Positions 50,701-58,750 of a DNA stretch of 64,000 nucleotides are shown here, piece after piece. This DNA is from Octopus bimaculoides (lineage: Eukaryota), in assembly GCF_001194135.2 (NCBI RefSeq), contig NC_069000.1:24005412-24069411 (forward strand). Reading direction: 5' to 3'. The position numbers and the translations under genes are program-made. How positions within the stretch are numbered: the first letter of the stretch is position 1; every line of letters begins with the position of its first letter. The notes beneath the pieces are model-generated. The model saw only the letters and a program-made list of their open reading frames with translations, had not been told where the DNA came from and searched no databases.

Positions 50701-52338
50701 ATTCAGGACATCCGTATACCGCAAACCGACCTTCACTGGACGATACCTCAACTTCAATTCCCACCATCCATACAGTGTAAAGACAGGGATTGCTCAGTGC
50801 CTAAAACATCGAGCAAAGAATATAAGTAGCGATCGTGATACCCTCCACGAAGAAATGATCAAGGTAAGTAACAATCTATTAAGTAACAACTACCCCCAAA
50901 ACATACTATCCACAGTCTGTCTACCCTATGTGAAAGGCCTCTCCGAAAAGATATGGGGCCCATATGACATCAGGACAGTATTCAAGAGTAATACAACTTC
51001 GCAAATATCTCCTTCGTGTAAAACCACCAATAGAAGAGAATATGACCAAAGACTGCGTGTATTCCATCCCATGCAGCTGTGGTAGGATATACAAAGGCGA
51101 AACATGTCACCCCCTCAAAATAAGAGTAGATGACCATCGCAAAGCTGTGACACGAGGAGATATTGATAAATCGAGTATAGCTGATCATGTAAGGAAAAAT
51201 AGAGACCACCTGCCATTGTGGGATGAAGTTAAAATAATAGATAGAGAACACCATTGGAAAATACGAAAACTAAAAGAAGCAGCACATATGCTAGGACACA
51301 ACAAACTCCTAAGCAGACCGAGTGCAGATATGAGTAGCATATGGGAACCAGTATTAAGGAAGGATAAGAAAATATTAGATTTATAAGCTCTAAAATTCAC
51401 TCAATAATTGCCCACGGGCATATGGTGCAGTGGTTAAGAGCACGGGCTAAGAGTTCGATTCCAGGCATAATAATAATTTCGAAAATTATTATTATTAACA
51501 ACAAATATCCATCAAATGTAAATAATGTACCTCTCCATCTACCGAAAAATACGTGATGCAAAGCGTAACTACAAAGTCTGGAAATATGAAAGAGTGTGGA
51601 AATGGTCGTTCGATATGCTAAAAACAACAGCTAAATTGTTCTCAAAATACACAACATTGTTTTAAAACAGAAAAAGAACAATAGTTAATGTAATCTGGAA
51701 AAACACGATAGCAACGATACACTCCTATCTGATCATCGGTTTGCACGTGTCGACCCGTTTCGTAGTTGATCAAAAGAGATAAAGTGTGAAGGAAGGATAA
51801 GGACAACCAGCAAAAGCCAGTTCAAACTTTCCAGGATGTGAAGAGACAAGATGCTACAGAATATACTGTTTCTGTTAATGTGATTGAAAAGGTGAATCTC
51901 ACTTTTATTCATTAAGTTTATGGTCAAGTATCATAAGAAAATGTGTCATCCACTGCAAAGGATGTTTACATAAGTTCATGTTAGCAAGGTACCGCATATT
52001 GATTTTATTTGTTCATAATCAATTTATATCTAAGCAGATCTTCAATTCAGTAAAATTACATGATTAAATGAAATAAAATAAGAAAAGTAAAAAATAATTC
52101 AACTTTTTCTTAATTAACGAACAAAGTTGGCAGCTCGAGCACGTGTCTAAAAAGCCAAAACAGAAATTAGCAAGTAAGCACTTCATATTCGGAATTTTCA
52201 CTCACCTTTCAAATATGGCAATTGCAAACGGACGAATTTACGTAGAGTCGCAAAGGTTTTATCTCGAGTCCCTGGTTCATTGCCTGCAAGTCCTTGTGCA
52301 AGTTGCACTTCAAGGGAATCTTGCTGTACAGGAGCCAT
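17684..52338 (-). CDS. RRP1B: RRP1/RRP1B (Nop52 family) ribosomal RNA processing protein; 12 coding exons, 2934 nt, 977 aa
   Basis: Exons 52338-52206, 47752-47670, 46749-46606, 45698-45504, 43436-43372, 38989-38839, 33189-33092, 27784-27615, 26729-25606, 24311-23781, 18760-18676, 17838-17684. All introns are GT-AG with matching phases. The Nop52 domain is N-terminal; an RVxF motif and terminal ADFF lie at the C-terminus. Confidence 0.92.
17880..18190 (-). mobile_element. Mariner transposase 3' remnant
   Basis: FFTLKPEGFYAQRIDNLRNRWDDIINNEEKY resembles the mariner C-terminal helix. Confidence 0.7.
18676..18760 (-). CDS. RRP1B: RRP1B exon 11 (KPKIISTDLSDAGLQDRKSVSFDMNQNK) with RVxF motif
   Basis: 85 nt, phase 0-1; acceptor TGTCATAG, donor GTTGGT. 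Confidence 0.88.
19840..21285 (+). mobile_element. Decayed mariner transposon interrupted by a SINE A (20845-21210)
   Basis: ATG at 19962; HPPYSPDLAPSDYHLF and QRWKKCVDCKGDYVEK* (20552-20839); TIR-like AACTTTTCAGCTGAATCTCATA after the SINE. Confidence 0.85.
22150..22430 (-). mobile_element. RTE LINE internal fragment
   Basis: LVTHLVNRVVLEGIIPNWCSSIVVTCYKGKSDTL is homologous to 34900-35040. Confidence 0.8.
23781..24311 (-). CDS. RRP1B: RRP1B exon 10 (DKKNKKNKK...CESPPAFFQNAVSKVKMSAIRKKN)
   Basis: 531 nt, phase 0-0; acceptor AAACCAG, donor GTAAGT. Confidence 0.85.
24488..24756. mobile_element. MITE-like element: perfect 33-bp inverted repeat with 203-nt spacer
   Basis: ATAAGGTACAGTGTATATTAAAATACATAAGAG (24488-24520) and its exact reverse complement (24724-24756); TA dinucleotides near both ends are compatible with a Tc1/mariner TSD. 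Confidence 0.65.
25606..26729 (-). CDS. RRP1B: RRP1B exon 9, 1124-nt acidic then Lys-rich low-complexity exon
   Basis: Open frame contains ORF 25588-26652; acceptor CTATTACAG (alternative in-frame AG gives start 26741), donor GTTAGT; phase 1-0. Confidence 0.85.
27615..27784 (-). CDS. RRP1B: RRP1B exon 8 (IKDLEYKKP...EEAARRYLEFNEKLQKE...)
   Basis: Acceptor TTTTCCAG, donor GTAAGT; 170 nt, phase 2-1. Confidence 0.85.
27853..28525 (+). mobile_element. Internally deleted mariner remnant
   Basis: Mariner-like ends (GGGGAAGTCAAAAACT ... TTTTTGATTTGTCTTCAT); C-terminal WLHNQPKIFSHGISKLVDSLKKCIEKQTEYVKK. Confidence 0.65.
28561..29816 (-). mobile_element. Near-full-length (~1.25 kb) decayed mariner
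   Basis: Fragments WNRIVT..., QKKLMVCVWWSGAGVIHY and LHHPTYTLDLVPTDYHFF; imperfect 27-bp TIRs at 28561-28587 and 29788-29814 (23/27 identical). Confidence 0.88.
29945..30359 (+). mobile_element. Mariner 3' part with right TIR
   Basis: LHDNARPH...WEVLPHPLYSPDLAPLDFHLF; ends GAACTTAGTTGCCAACC before an N-gap. Confidence 0.88.
30944..31380 (-). mobile_element. Helitron-derived fragment with ~134-bp tandem duplication
   Basis: DDHWDMTLEEAIATNSPEQVRDLFA resembles the RepHel linker and IQGQLLKSCPIG resembles the Pif1 motif FSHGQLYVACSRVG; duplicated unit at ~31115-31214 and ~31248-31340. Confidence 0.55.
33092..33189 (-). CDS. RRP1B: RRP1B exon 7 (IDLEKFSTLLMDRASSEKGTFKRRKQLYNLIKR)
   Basis: Matches the Nop52 C-terminal RKxLYxxIK motif; 98 nt, phase 0-2. 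Confidence 0.9.
34161..37107 (+). mobile_element. Young 5'-truncated RTE-clade LINE (~2.9 kb) in RRP1B intron 6, antisense to host
   Basis: RT motifs YLAFVDIEKAFDRV, HQGSVLSPLLF and LLYANDLAL; PHD-like finger; RWYGHLSRM; repeat-containing 3' UTR; (GAT)n tail; few frameshifts. Confidence 0.95.
38747..38786. repeat. (TG)n microsatellite (representative; many TA/TG/CT/GA tracts elsewhere, e.g. 18785-18838, 24338-24365, 60856-60901)
   Basis: Directly visible. Confidence 0.95.
38839..38989 (-). CDS. RRP1B: RRP1B exon 6 (NTVVVASILKLLNKLIF...ENPVTLT)
   Basis: Acceptor TTTTGTAG, donor GTAAGT; 151 nt, phase 2-0. Confidence 0.85.
39097..41570 (+). mobile_element. Decayed Ty3/gypsy element (putative short 5' LTR, gag, protease, RT, RNase H), 3'-truncated, in RRP1B intron 5
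   Basis: gag ORF 39291-39749; ALLDTGSD; TYLDDIIIAG; IKTEVSDLALGGTLSQQGRSVAFSSRTLSKT. The LTR boundary (TG at ~39097) is tentative. Confidence 0.88.
42261..42771. mobile_element. piggyBac-like non-autonomous element end
   Basis: Terminal AGTAACGAAAGGG followed by TTAA (42768-42771); subterminal repeats GCCGGCTA(T/C)(G/A)GCCGGGTT twice. Confidence 0.6.
43372..43436 (-). CDS. RRP1B: RRP1B exon 5 (LTPDTAIHLFTAFVNVFPVLK)
   Basis: Acceptor TTTCTGCAG, donor GTAAGT; 65 nt, phase 0-2. Confidence 0.85.
45504..45698 (-). CDS. RRP1B: RRP1B exon 4 (LIREFVNSTFMFLSKSGW...HLIEVYFLELKKVVNEQ)
   Basis: 195 nt, phase 0-0; HxxExxxxELxKV motif. Confidence 0.9.
46606..46749 (-). CDS. RRP1B: RRP1B exon 3 (EKLVNEV...AREWNGIDQHRLDKFMM)
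   Basis: Hallmark REWxGIDxxRLDKF motif; 144 nt, phase 0-0. Confidence 0.95.
47670..47752 (-). CDS. RRP1B: RRP1B exon 2 (ESLTQDDFTKIWKGIHYRLWMQDKPLMQ)
   Basis: Hallmark KxWKGxxYxxWMQDKP motif; acceptor TTACTAG, donor GTAAGT; 83 nt. Confidence 0.95.
48200..49345 (-). mobile_element. Highly decayed CRE-like non-LTR retrotransposon RT region
   Basis: Fragments VQQGDPLRSILF, INDMAKSVGRELNMWYL, NLMNKSEL, PTILY and RIALLS*RSYSDAWLL follow the order of CRE-type QQGDPLGPLLF / ELNxWYLDD / RARLLAxxxxxSGAWL motifs (recalled consensus). Confidence 0.62.
48892..52002 (+). repeat. 246-bp direct repeat pair (48892-49137 and 51757-52002)
   Basis: Manual alignment shows 3 substitutions in 246 bp; offset 2865 bp. 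Confidence 0.9.
50029..51390 (+). mobile_element. Penelope-like retroelement (RT + GIY-YIG), disrupted, in RRP1B intron 1
   Basis: MVSLDVISLFMKVP, EGLAMSSPFS, WLRYVDDTF and CVYSIPCSCGRIYKGET...RKLKEAAH. Confidence 0.92.
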
Positions 52339-52450
52339 CTTCTTGATTTGAGTGGAAATCCTTCTCCGAAGCAAAGTTATTGTTTGACGATTAGCCGCAG
52401 TTTCGACCTCTCCCACTTCTAACTATAACATTAATGTTTTTTACTTATTA
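52120..52450 (-). promoter_or_regulatory. Probable RRP1B promoter/5' region, CpG-richer than background, with intronic E-box
   Basis: Many CpGs around exon 1; CACGTG at 52140-52145. The TSS itself was not determined. Confidence 0.4.
52206..52338 (-). CDS. RRP1B: RRP1B exon 1 (MAPVQQDSLEVQLAQGLAGNEPGTRDK...), end phase 1
   Basis: ATG at 52338 in context AAGATGG; Nop52 N-terminal motif QLAQxLAGNE; donor GTGAGT. Confidence 0.9.
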
Positions 52451-53559
52451 AAATAAATAATAATAATAATTTAAATGATATTTTTCACATTCAAAGGATA
52501 TATAAAATCTCAAACTGGTTAAAATAACGTTTAAAATCATCACTCACTCATACACCTGTTAAGACACGCACAATTCCCCAAGTCCACAAATTTTGATGGA
52601 CGATGTAGTCGGATAGGCAAGCGTGTTGGAAAGTTACTGCACTGCTAGATAATTTTTTCAAAGAATTTCTTTGGATCTCAACGTTTTCAAAAACAGAAAT
52701 ACAATTTTCCAAAACTGAGATTCTCTAACAGATTTTTAGTTACTCGTTTTACGTTACAGATATTATAAACTATGGAAAGAAATTCTTTTTTAAAAAATTG
52801 AAGTTTTTAAAAATCAAAGTGATAATTTGCCACACCTAGTTTCAGATCTTGCTGGTCCACTCAGGGGAGGGACAACACCCCTAATGAGAAACATTAGGAC
52901 ATTGTAAACTTTGTTTCCCACAATCTTTTTTCTGGTACTTTTTCCTATTGACCCTAGGAACCGAACACAACAGCATTTGAAATCATAACCTAAATGCCAC
53001 AAGGCTTTCTGTCTGCCATTCAACTGCTCTCATCATCTCAATATTATTTCTTGTTACATTTACTCCACCATCATCGTTTAACATCTGCTTTTCTGTGCTT
53101 GCATGGGTCATATGGAATTTGTTGAGGTAAGTTTTCTACAGCCAAATATCCTTCCTGTTGCCAATCCTCACCTCTCTCCAAGAAAGGTAAGACTTCCACA
53201 TGGCCAGACACGCTTTTCATGGAAGGCTGGAAACTAACAATAGCGCTTGCATAATGATGATGCTCATTTACTACCTTCACATGATGTCAAGATAAGGAGA
53301 CACACATATACCCCCCCCACACACACACACACAGAGAAAATAAATTAAATTTCTTTAAAATGCCAATCCACTTGATGCTTCTAAGTCTGTTGTTCTCCTA
53401 TATATATATATGGCAGACTTCTTTCAGTCTCTATCTGTCAAATCTACTCACAAGGCTACTATATCTGCACACTAGTTTTTATTTTATATTCCAGAGTCAG
53501 GCATGGTTGTGTGTTTAAGAAGCTACTTCCCAACCACGTAGTCATGGGTTCAGTTCCAC

Positions 53560-54640
53560 TGTGCAACCCCAATGTCAATTTTCGCAAGGTTTCTATAACT
53601 GAATGCTGTTCCTAATTCCAACCAAATGCTGAGTGATTTTCTCATGCTATGTAGGAAAAAATAAAGAAAATGTTCCTTTGACTGAATGGTGGGAGTTATT
53701 TGAGAAAAGGATGGCTCTATGCTAGGTGTTGAGAGGCTAAAGTATGACAGTGGGACAAGTGCAGGTGTCTTACAGTAGAGAAAATAAAATGGTTGTGATG
53801 GGGTGTCAGAGCAAAACATCAAGGTTCAAGGAAATTAATGTAAAAGAGGATATGGATATAAGAGTGTGAAGGGTGAGTGACAAATGATTGGAGATAGAGG
53901 TTGAGGTGAATGATGAACAAAAGTAGAGATGTAGTTGATGGGGAATACCAGGATAAAGAGAAGATAAGGTGGGAGAGACAGAAGTAACCCAGGGAGAATA
54001 GTACAGGAAGTAGGAGGTGATGTGTAAGGTGTGTAAGGCGTAAGAGCAGTGGGGAGGGAGATGTAGAAGTACACATGGGTAGCTAAGGTGAATCAGGTGT
54101 GATAGCAAATGAGAGGGTGTTGAAAATGAAAGTGGCTATGAGAAGATGTATGGCTACAGACAGAAAAGAGGTGAAAATAGTGTAGGAATGAATGATGATG
54201 GGAGTGGTAAGGGAGGTAACTGGTAGCATAAAGAATGGATGGAGAAGAATGTAATGCAATATGTACTGATTCTAGTCTCAAGTGATTACAGCAGCTGAGT
54301 AGTGCCATAGATAGAGTGGGGATGTTAGGGGAAGAGATGATTTGTGGGGAATATTTGATGGGACAGGGCCCAGCATGTACAAACATAAAGAAAATGGTTT
54401 TCGAATCACATTTTTACTGTGATAGATCTTTTTAAGCGCAGTCAATTGCTAATCATCTCAGTCGTTTCTTATCTCCTTCACGAGGCTCAGTATCTTGAGT
54501 TTAGCCTTTACTACTTTGTCCCAAGTCGTCCTGGGTCTCTGTCTTCCACAAATTCCATTCATTTTAAGTGACTGTCACTTTTTTTTACGCAGCTGTCCTT
54601 ATGCATACACATCACATGACCAAACCAGCAGTCTTTTCTC
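53560..54640 (-). mobile_element. Old RTE LINE 3' end with CT-rich 3' UTR
   Basis: Minus-strand WFGHVMCMHKDSCVKK...GICGRQRPRTTWDKVVK is followed by a pyrimidine-rich tract like that at 60480-60900. Confidence 0.7.
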
Positions 54641-56316
54641 TTGCAATTTGATTCCTCTTATGCCAATTTTTTATCATTAATGATCATCTTTCTGTATCAT
54701 TCTATAATGACAATTATAACAGTATTAATTGGTTCAAAGACAGTGAGCTGGCAGAATTGTTAGCATGCCAGGCAAAACGCTTAGTGGTATTTCATCCATC
54801 TTTGTTCGGAGTTTAAATTCTACTGAAGTTGAAAGTTGACGTTGCCTTTCGTCCTTTTGGGTTGAACATGGGGTTGATCTAATTGACTTATCCCCTCCTC
54901 TAAAATTGCTGGTGTTGTTCCAAAATTTGAAATCGATATTAATTGGTTCAGTAGACAATTAGATAATTACTGATTTCATCTGTCTAAGAAAGGCTTTCTT
55001 TACTATATAGTTAGAAAGGGGATTTCAATTTACAAAATAAATGTACATCGATGAGAGAAGTTAATGTTTTTAGCCTGGTGGCTTGTTGATACAAATGTGA
55101 ATTTCTGACTTCATAACAGTTCCTTTTGCTACTTTTCCCCCTATATTTTGAAAAAAAGAAGCATGTTTTTCTTTGTTTACACAGTTGTTACTAGCGACAG
55201 TGGCAAAAGTAGGTGTTTATCACATTATCTCTCTTATTATCATTATGTAATTTGAGGGAGTTATGGTGGTTATTTCAAGCTACAATGTATTTGGATTGAT
55301 ATATATATGATGTCCCCCCCCCCTTGCAACCTCTTCCTCATCCTTAGAGTTGGCACACCATTGGTGAAATTGTTGAGATGCTGAAATGAAGGTGTGTAGA
55401 AGTGTTGCATCCAAGAAGTAAGGAGGAGTGGGGCTTCTACCAAGTTCCTCAGAGGCAAAGAACATAGACATAAAATCTTCTGGGTAGGCAATGATGATGT
55501 TGGTGGCATGGGCATACTTCTTGCTGAGAAATGGGTTAACAGCAACTATTTCTGCCTATACACTCCTCAATTGGGATACCATACAAACGGAAGGCTCAAT
55601 TTTATGACACCTTTTTGCAAACTACCATTTTGACAAATGACAGTGACCCTCTCTTTGTGGCTGGTGACTTCAGTGGGAATGCTGGGCAGCATCTGAGTGG
55701 CTTCCATGGGGTGTATGGAAGCTATAGAGTTGGTTCCTGTGATGAGGAGGGAACTAGGCTGCAGGAGTTCTGTGACCTTATGAACTGCAATAATAATTTC
55801 AGGAAACCAGCCAGTTGACCTTTTCACTTATTAATCTTGTGACCACACAAGCCAGATTGACTACATTCTTGACAGAAAATGGGAAATATGGTTGCTTATA
55901 GATACGAAGATCTTCCCAGGTGAAGAGCGCACCCCTTAACATAGGCTAGTCATTGATGATTTCAGACACAGATCTAGAAAGATGCCAAGACAACCAGTCT
56001 GGAAAAGAAAGATCTGGAAGCTTAAGAATTCTCTGAATAGTCAGAGATTTTGAGAGGTTCTAACTGAAGCATTTGACAAGAAAAAGGAAGAGATAGTAAC
56101 ATATAATGTAGAGAACAACTGGAGGTTCCTACAGGACAACTTAATGAGGGTCACTGACCAAATTGGTGGCTAGTGCAAAGTTGTCTCCAATCCTGAGGTG
56201 ACATGGTGAAGGAATAGGAAAGTAGACAGGGCCATGAGAGTGAAAAAACAGGCCTGGAAAGAGTGGTGACAGCAGAGAATTATATCAAGTAGCTTGAAGG
56301 GAAGTTAGGAGACAGG

Positions 56317-56903
56317 TGTAGCAAACTCATAAGAGGCGGAGAGAGAACGTAAGTTCGTTTGCCCAAACATGAGAAATTATTGATTTCTCATTGGTTAAAA
56401 ATTACTGCCCATATACGAATTCTGAACTTCGTTGAAGAAGTTTTTCATGGGGTACAGTTCTAGGAAGTAGTTATAAAAACCCTGATTTTCGGCAAACTTT
56501 CCAGTGATCGTTGGATGCCACTCAAATCCACAACACTCACCCTCTTGAGTATTGGCTAATATTTATGTCATGTTCAATACTCAAATCCGACAATATTGAA
56601 TTGTTGTGAACTCTTATAGCTAGAATGAAAGATTAGTTAGTATAAATTTAAGTCGTAATTCTCTACGACGAAATGACTTTATTTCTAAATGTTCTATAAA
56701 TGCCAAAAATGTATATAATAAATTAATGTAGAAATTTAATTCCTTTTACTTCTCGTTTCTTTCAACTTGTTGAATTTATTTCTGTATATTAATGAAACTG
56801 TAGTTTTTTTATGTGTAACGGTTAAAAAAATATAATCTATATCTTCAACATACATGTACATATGAACGCACATTCAGCGTCTTGGTATGTATACATCATA
56901 ACA
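56317..56903. mobile_element. Solo LTR, 587 bp, TG...CA ends with 4-bp TSD CAGG
   Basis: GACAGG|TGTAGC ... CATAACA|CAGGTATATTTAGC; removing it restores GAGACAGGTATATTTAGC, matching the RTE at 34437-34452. Confidence 0.8.
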
Positions 56904-57047
56904 CAGGTATATTTAGCTAGGCAAGAAGCAGAAAGGAAGAGTTTGCTAATGTTCTGCAGCATGAGGACCTGAGGCTTGAGGTGTTTCGGATTGCAAGACA
57001 GTGTATCAGAGAAAATTGTGATGTTATAGAAGAGAAATGTGTTTGCA

Positions 57048-58750
57048 TTGCCAGTACCGCCTGACTGGCTCTTGTGCGGGTGACACATGAAGTGCACCAG
57101 TTTGAGCGTGACCGTTGCCAGTACCGCCTGACTGTGTGCGGGTGACACATGAAATGTTTCGAGCGGGATCATTACCAGTGCCCCTGGACTGGCTCATGTG
57201 CGGGCGACACGTGATATCTTTCGAGCGAGACCGTTGCCAGTGCCCCTGGACTGGCTCATGTGCGGGCGACACATGAAATCTTTCGAGCGGGATCATTACC
57301 AGTGCCCCTGGACTGGCTCATGTGCNNNNNNNNNNNNNNNNNNNNNNNNNNNNNNNNNNNNNNNNNNNNNNNNNNNNNNNNNNNNNNNNNNNNNNNNNNN
57401 NNNNNNNNNNNNNNNNNNNNNNNNNNNNNNNNNNNNNNNNNNNNNNNNNNNNNNNNNNNNNNNNNNNNNNNNNNNNNNNNNNNNNNNNNNNNNNNNNNNN
57501 NNNNNNNNNNNNNNNNNNNNNNNNNNNNNNNNNNNNNNNNNNNNNNNNNNNNNNNNNNNNNNNNNNNNNNNNNNNNNNNNNNNNNNNNNNNNNNNNNNNN
57601 NNNNNNNNNNNNNNNNNNNNNNNNNNNNNNNNNNNNNNNNNNNNNNNNNNNNNNNNNNNNNNNNNNNNNNNNNNNNNNNNNNNNNNNNNNNNNNNNNNNN
57701 NNNNNNNNNNNNNNNNNNNNNNNNNNNNNNNNNNNNNNNNNNNNNNNNNNNNNNNNNNNNNNNNNNNNNNNNNNNNNNNNNNNNNNNNNNNNNNNNNNNN
57801 NNNNNNNNNNNNNNNNNNNNNNNNNNNNNNNNNNNNNNNNNNNNNNNNNNNNNNNNNNNNNNNNNNNNNNNNNNNNNNNNNNNNNNNNNNNNNNNNNNNN
57901 NNNNNNNNNNNNNNNNNNNNNNNNNNNNATGGACTGGCTTTTGTGCGAGTGACACATGAGGTTTTTCGAGCGAGATCGTTACCGGTACCCCTGGACTGGC
58001 TCTTGTGCGGGTGGCACATAAAAGACACCATTTCGAGCGTGGCCGTTTTCGTGCGGGTGACACGTAAAAGCACCCACTACACTCTCTGAGTGGTTGGCGT
58101 TAGGAAGGGCATCCAGCTGTAGAAACTCTGCCAAATTAGATTGGAGCCTGGTGTTGCCATCCGGTTTCACCAGTCCTCAGTCAAATCGTCCAACCCATGC
58201 TAGCATGGAAGGCGGACGTTAAACGATGATGATCATCATCATCATCATTGCCAGTGCCCCTGGACTGGCTCTTGTGCGGGTGGCACATAAAATGCAGCAT
58301 TTTGAGCGTGGCCGTTGCCGGTGCCACCTGACTGGCCTTCNNNNNNNNNNGTGGCACATAAAATGCAGCATTTTGAGCGTGGCCGTTGCCGGTGCCACCT
58401 GACTGGCCTTCGTGGGATTTTTGAGCAAGATCGTTGCCAGTGCCCCTGGGCTGGCTCTTGTGCAGGTAACATGTGGGATACACCAGTTTGAGCGTGGCCG
58501 TTGCTAGTACCGCCTGACTGGCCTCCGTAGGATTTTCGAGCAAGATCGTTGCCAGTGCCCCTGGACTGGCTCTTTGTTCGGGTGACGCATAAAATGCACC
58601 ATTTTGAGCGTGGTCGTTACCAGTACCACCTGACTGGCCTTCGTAGGATTTTCGAGCGAGATTGTTGCCAGTGCCCCTGGACTGNNNNNNNNNNCGTCCA
58701 ACCCATGCTAGCATGGAAAGCGGACATTAAACGATGATGATGATGATGAT
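57048..58750 (+). repeat. 62-bp tandem array plus RTE 3' tails, derived from the young RTE 3' UTR
   Basis: CCAGTGCCCCTGGACTGG recurs at 57175, 57237 and 57299 (period 62); units are homologous to 36830-36940; RTE tails at ~58080-58233 and 58695-58750; three N-gaps inside. Confidence 0.85.

Noticed and set aside
51415-51470. tRNA-like sequences (also at 3150-3224 and other SINE heads)
   Set aside because: A/B boxes are present but no complete cloverleaf forms; they are SINE heads.
17839-52205. Intronic box C/D snoRNAs, expected in ribosome-biogenesis host genes
   Set aside because: Visual scanning found no RTGATGA...CTGA pair with suitable spacing and terminal stem on the sense strand; snoscan or Infernal would be needed to exclude them.
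52339-52416. 26-codon upstream extension of RRP1B in the ORF track
   Set aside because: It starts at GTG, not ATG; Nop52 homology begins at MAPVQ (52338).
57048-58694. Regularly spaced repeats resembling a CRISPR array
   Set aside because: Units are contiguous with no unique spacers, derive from the RTE 3' UTR, and there are no cas genes; the context is eukaryotic.
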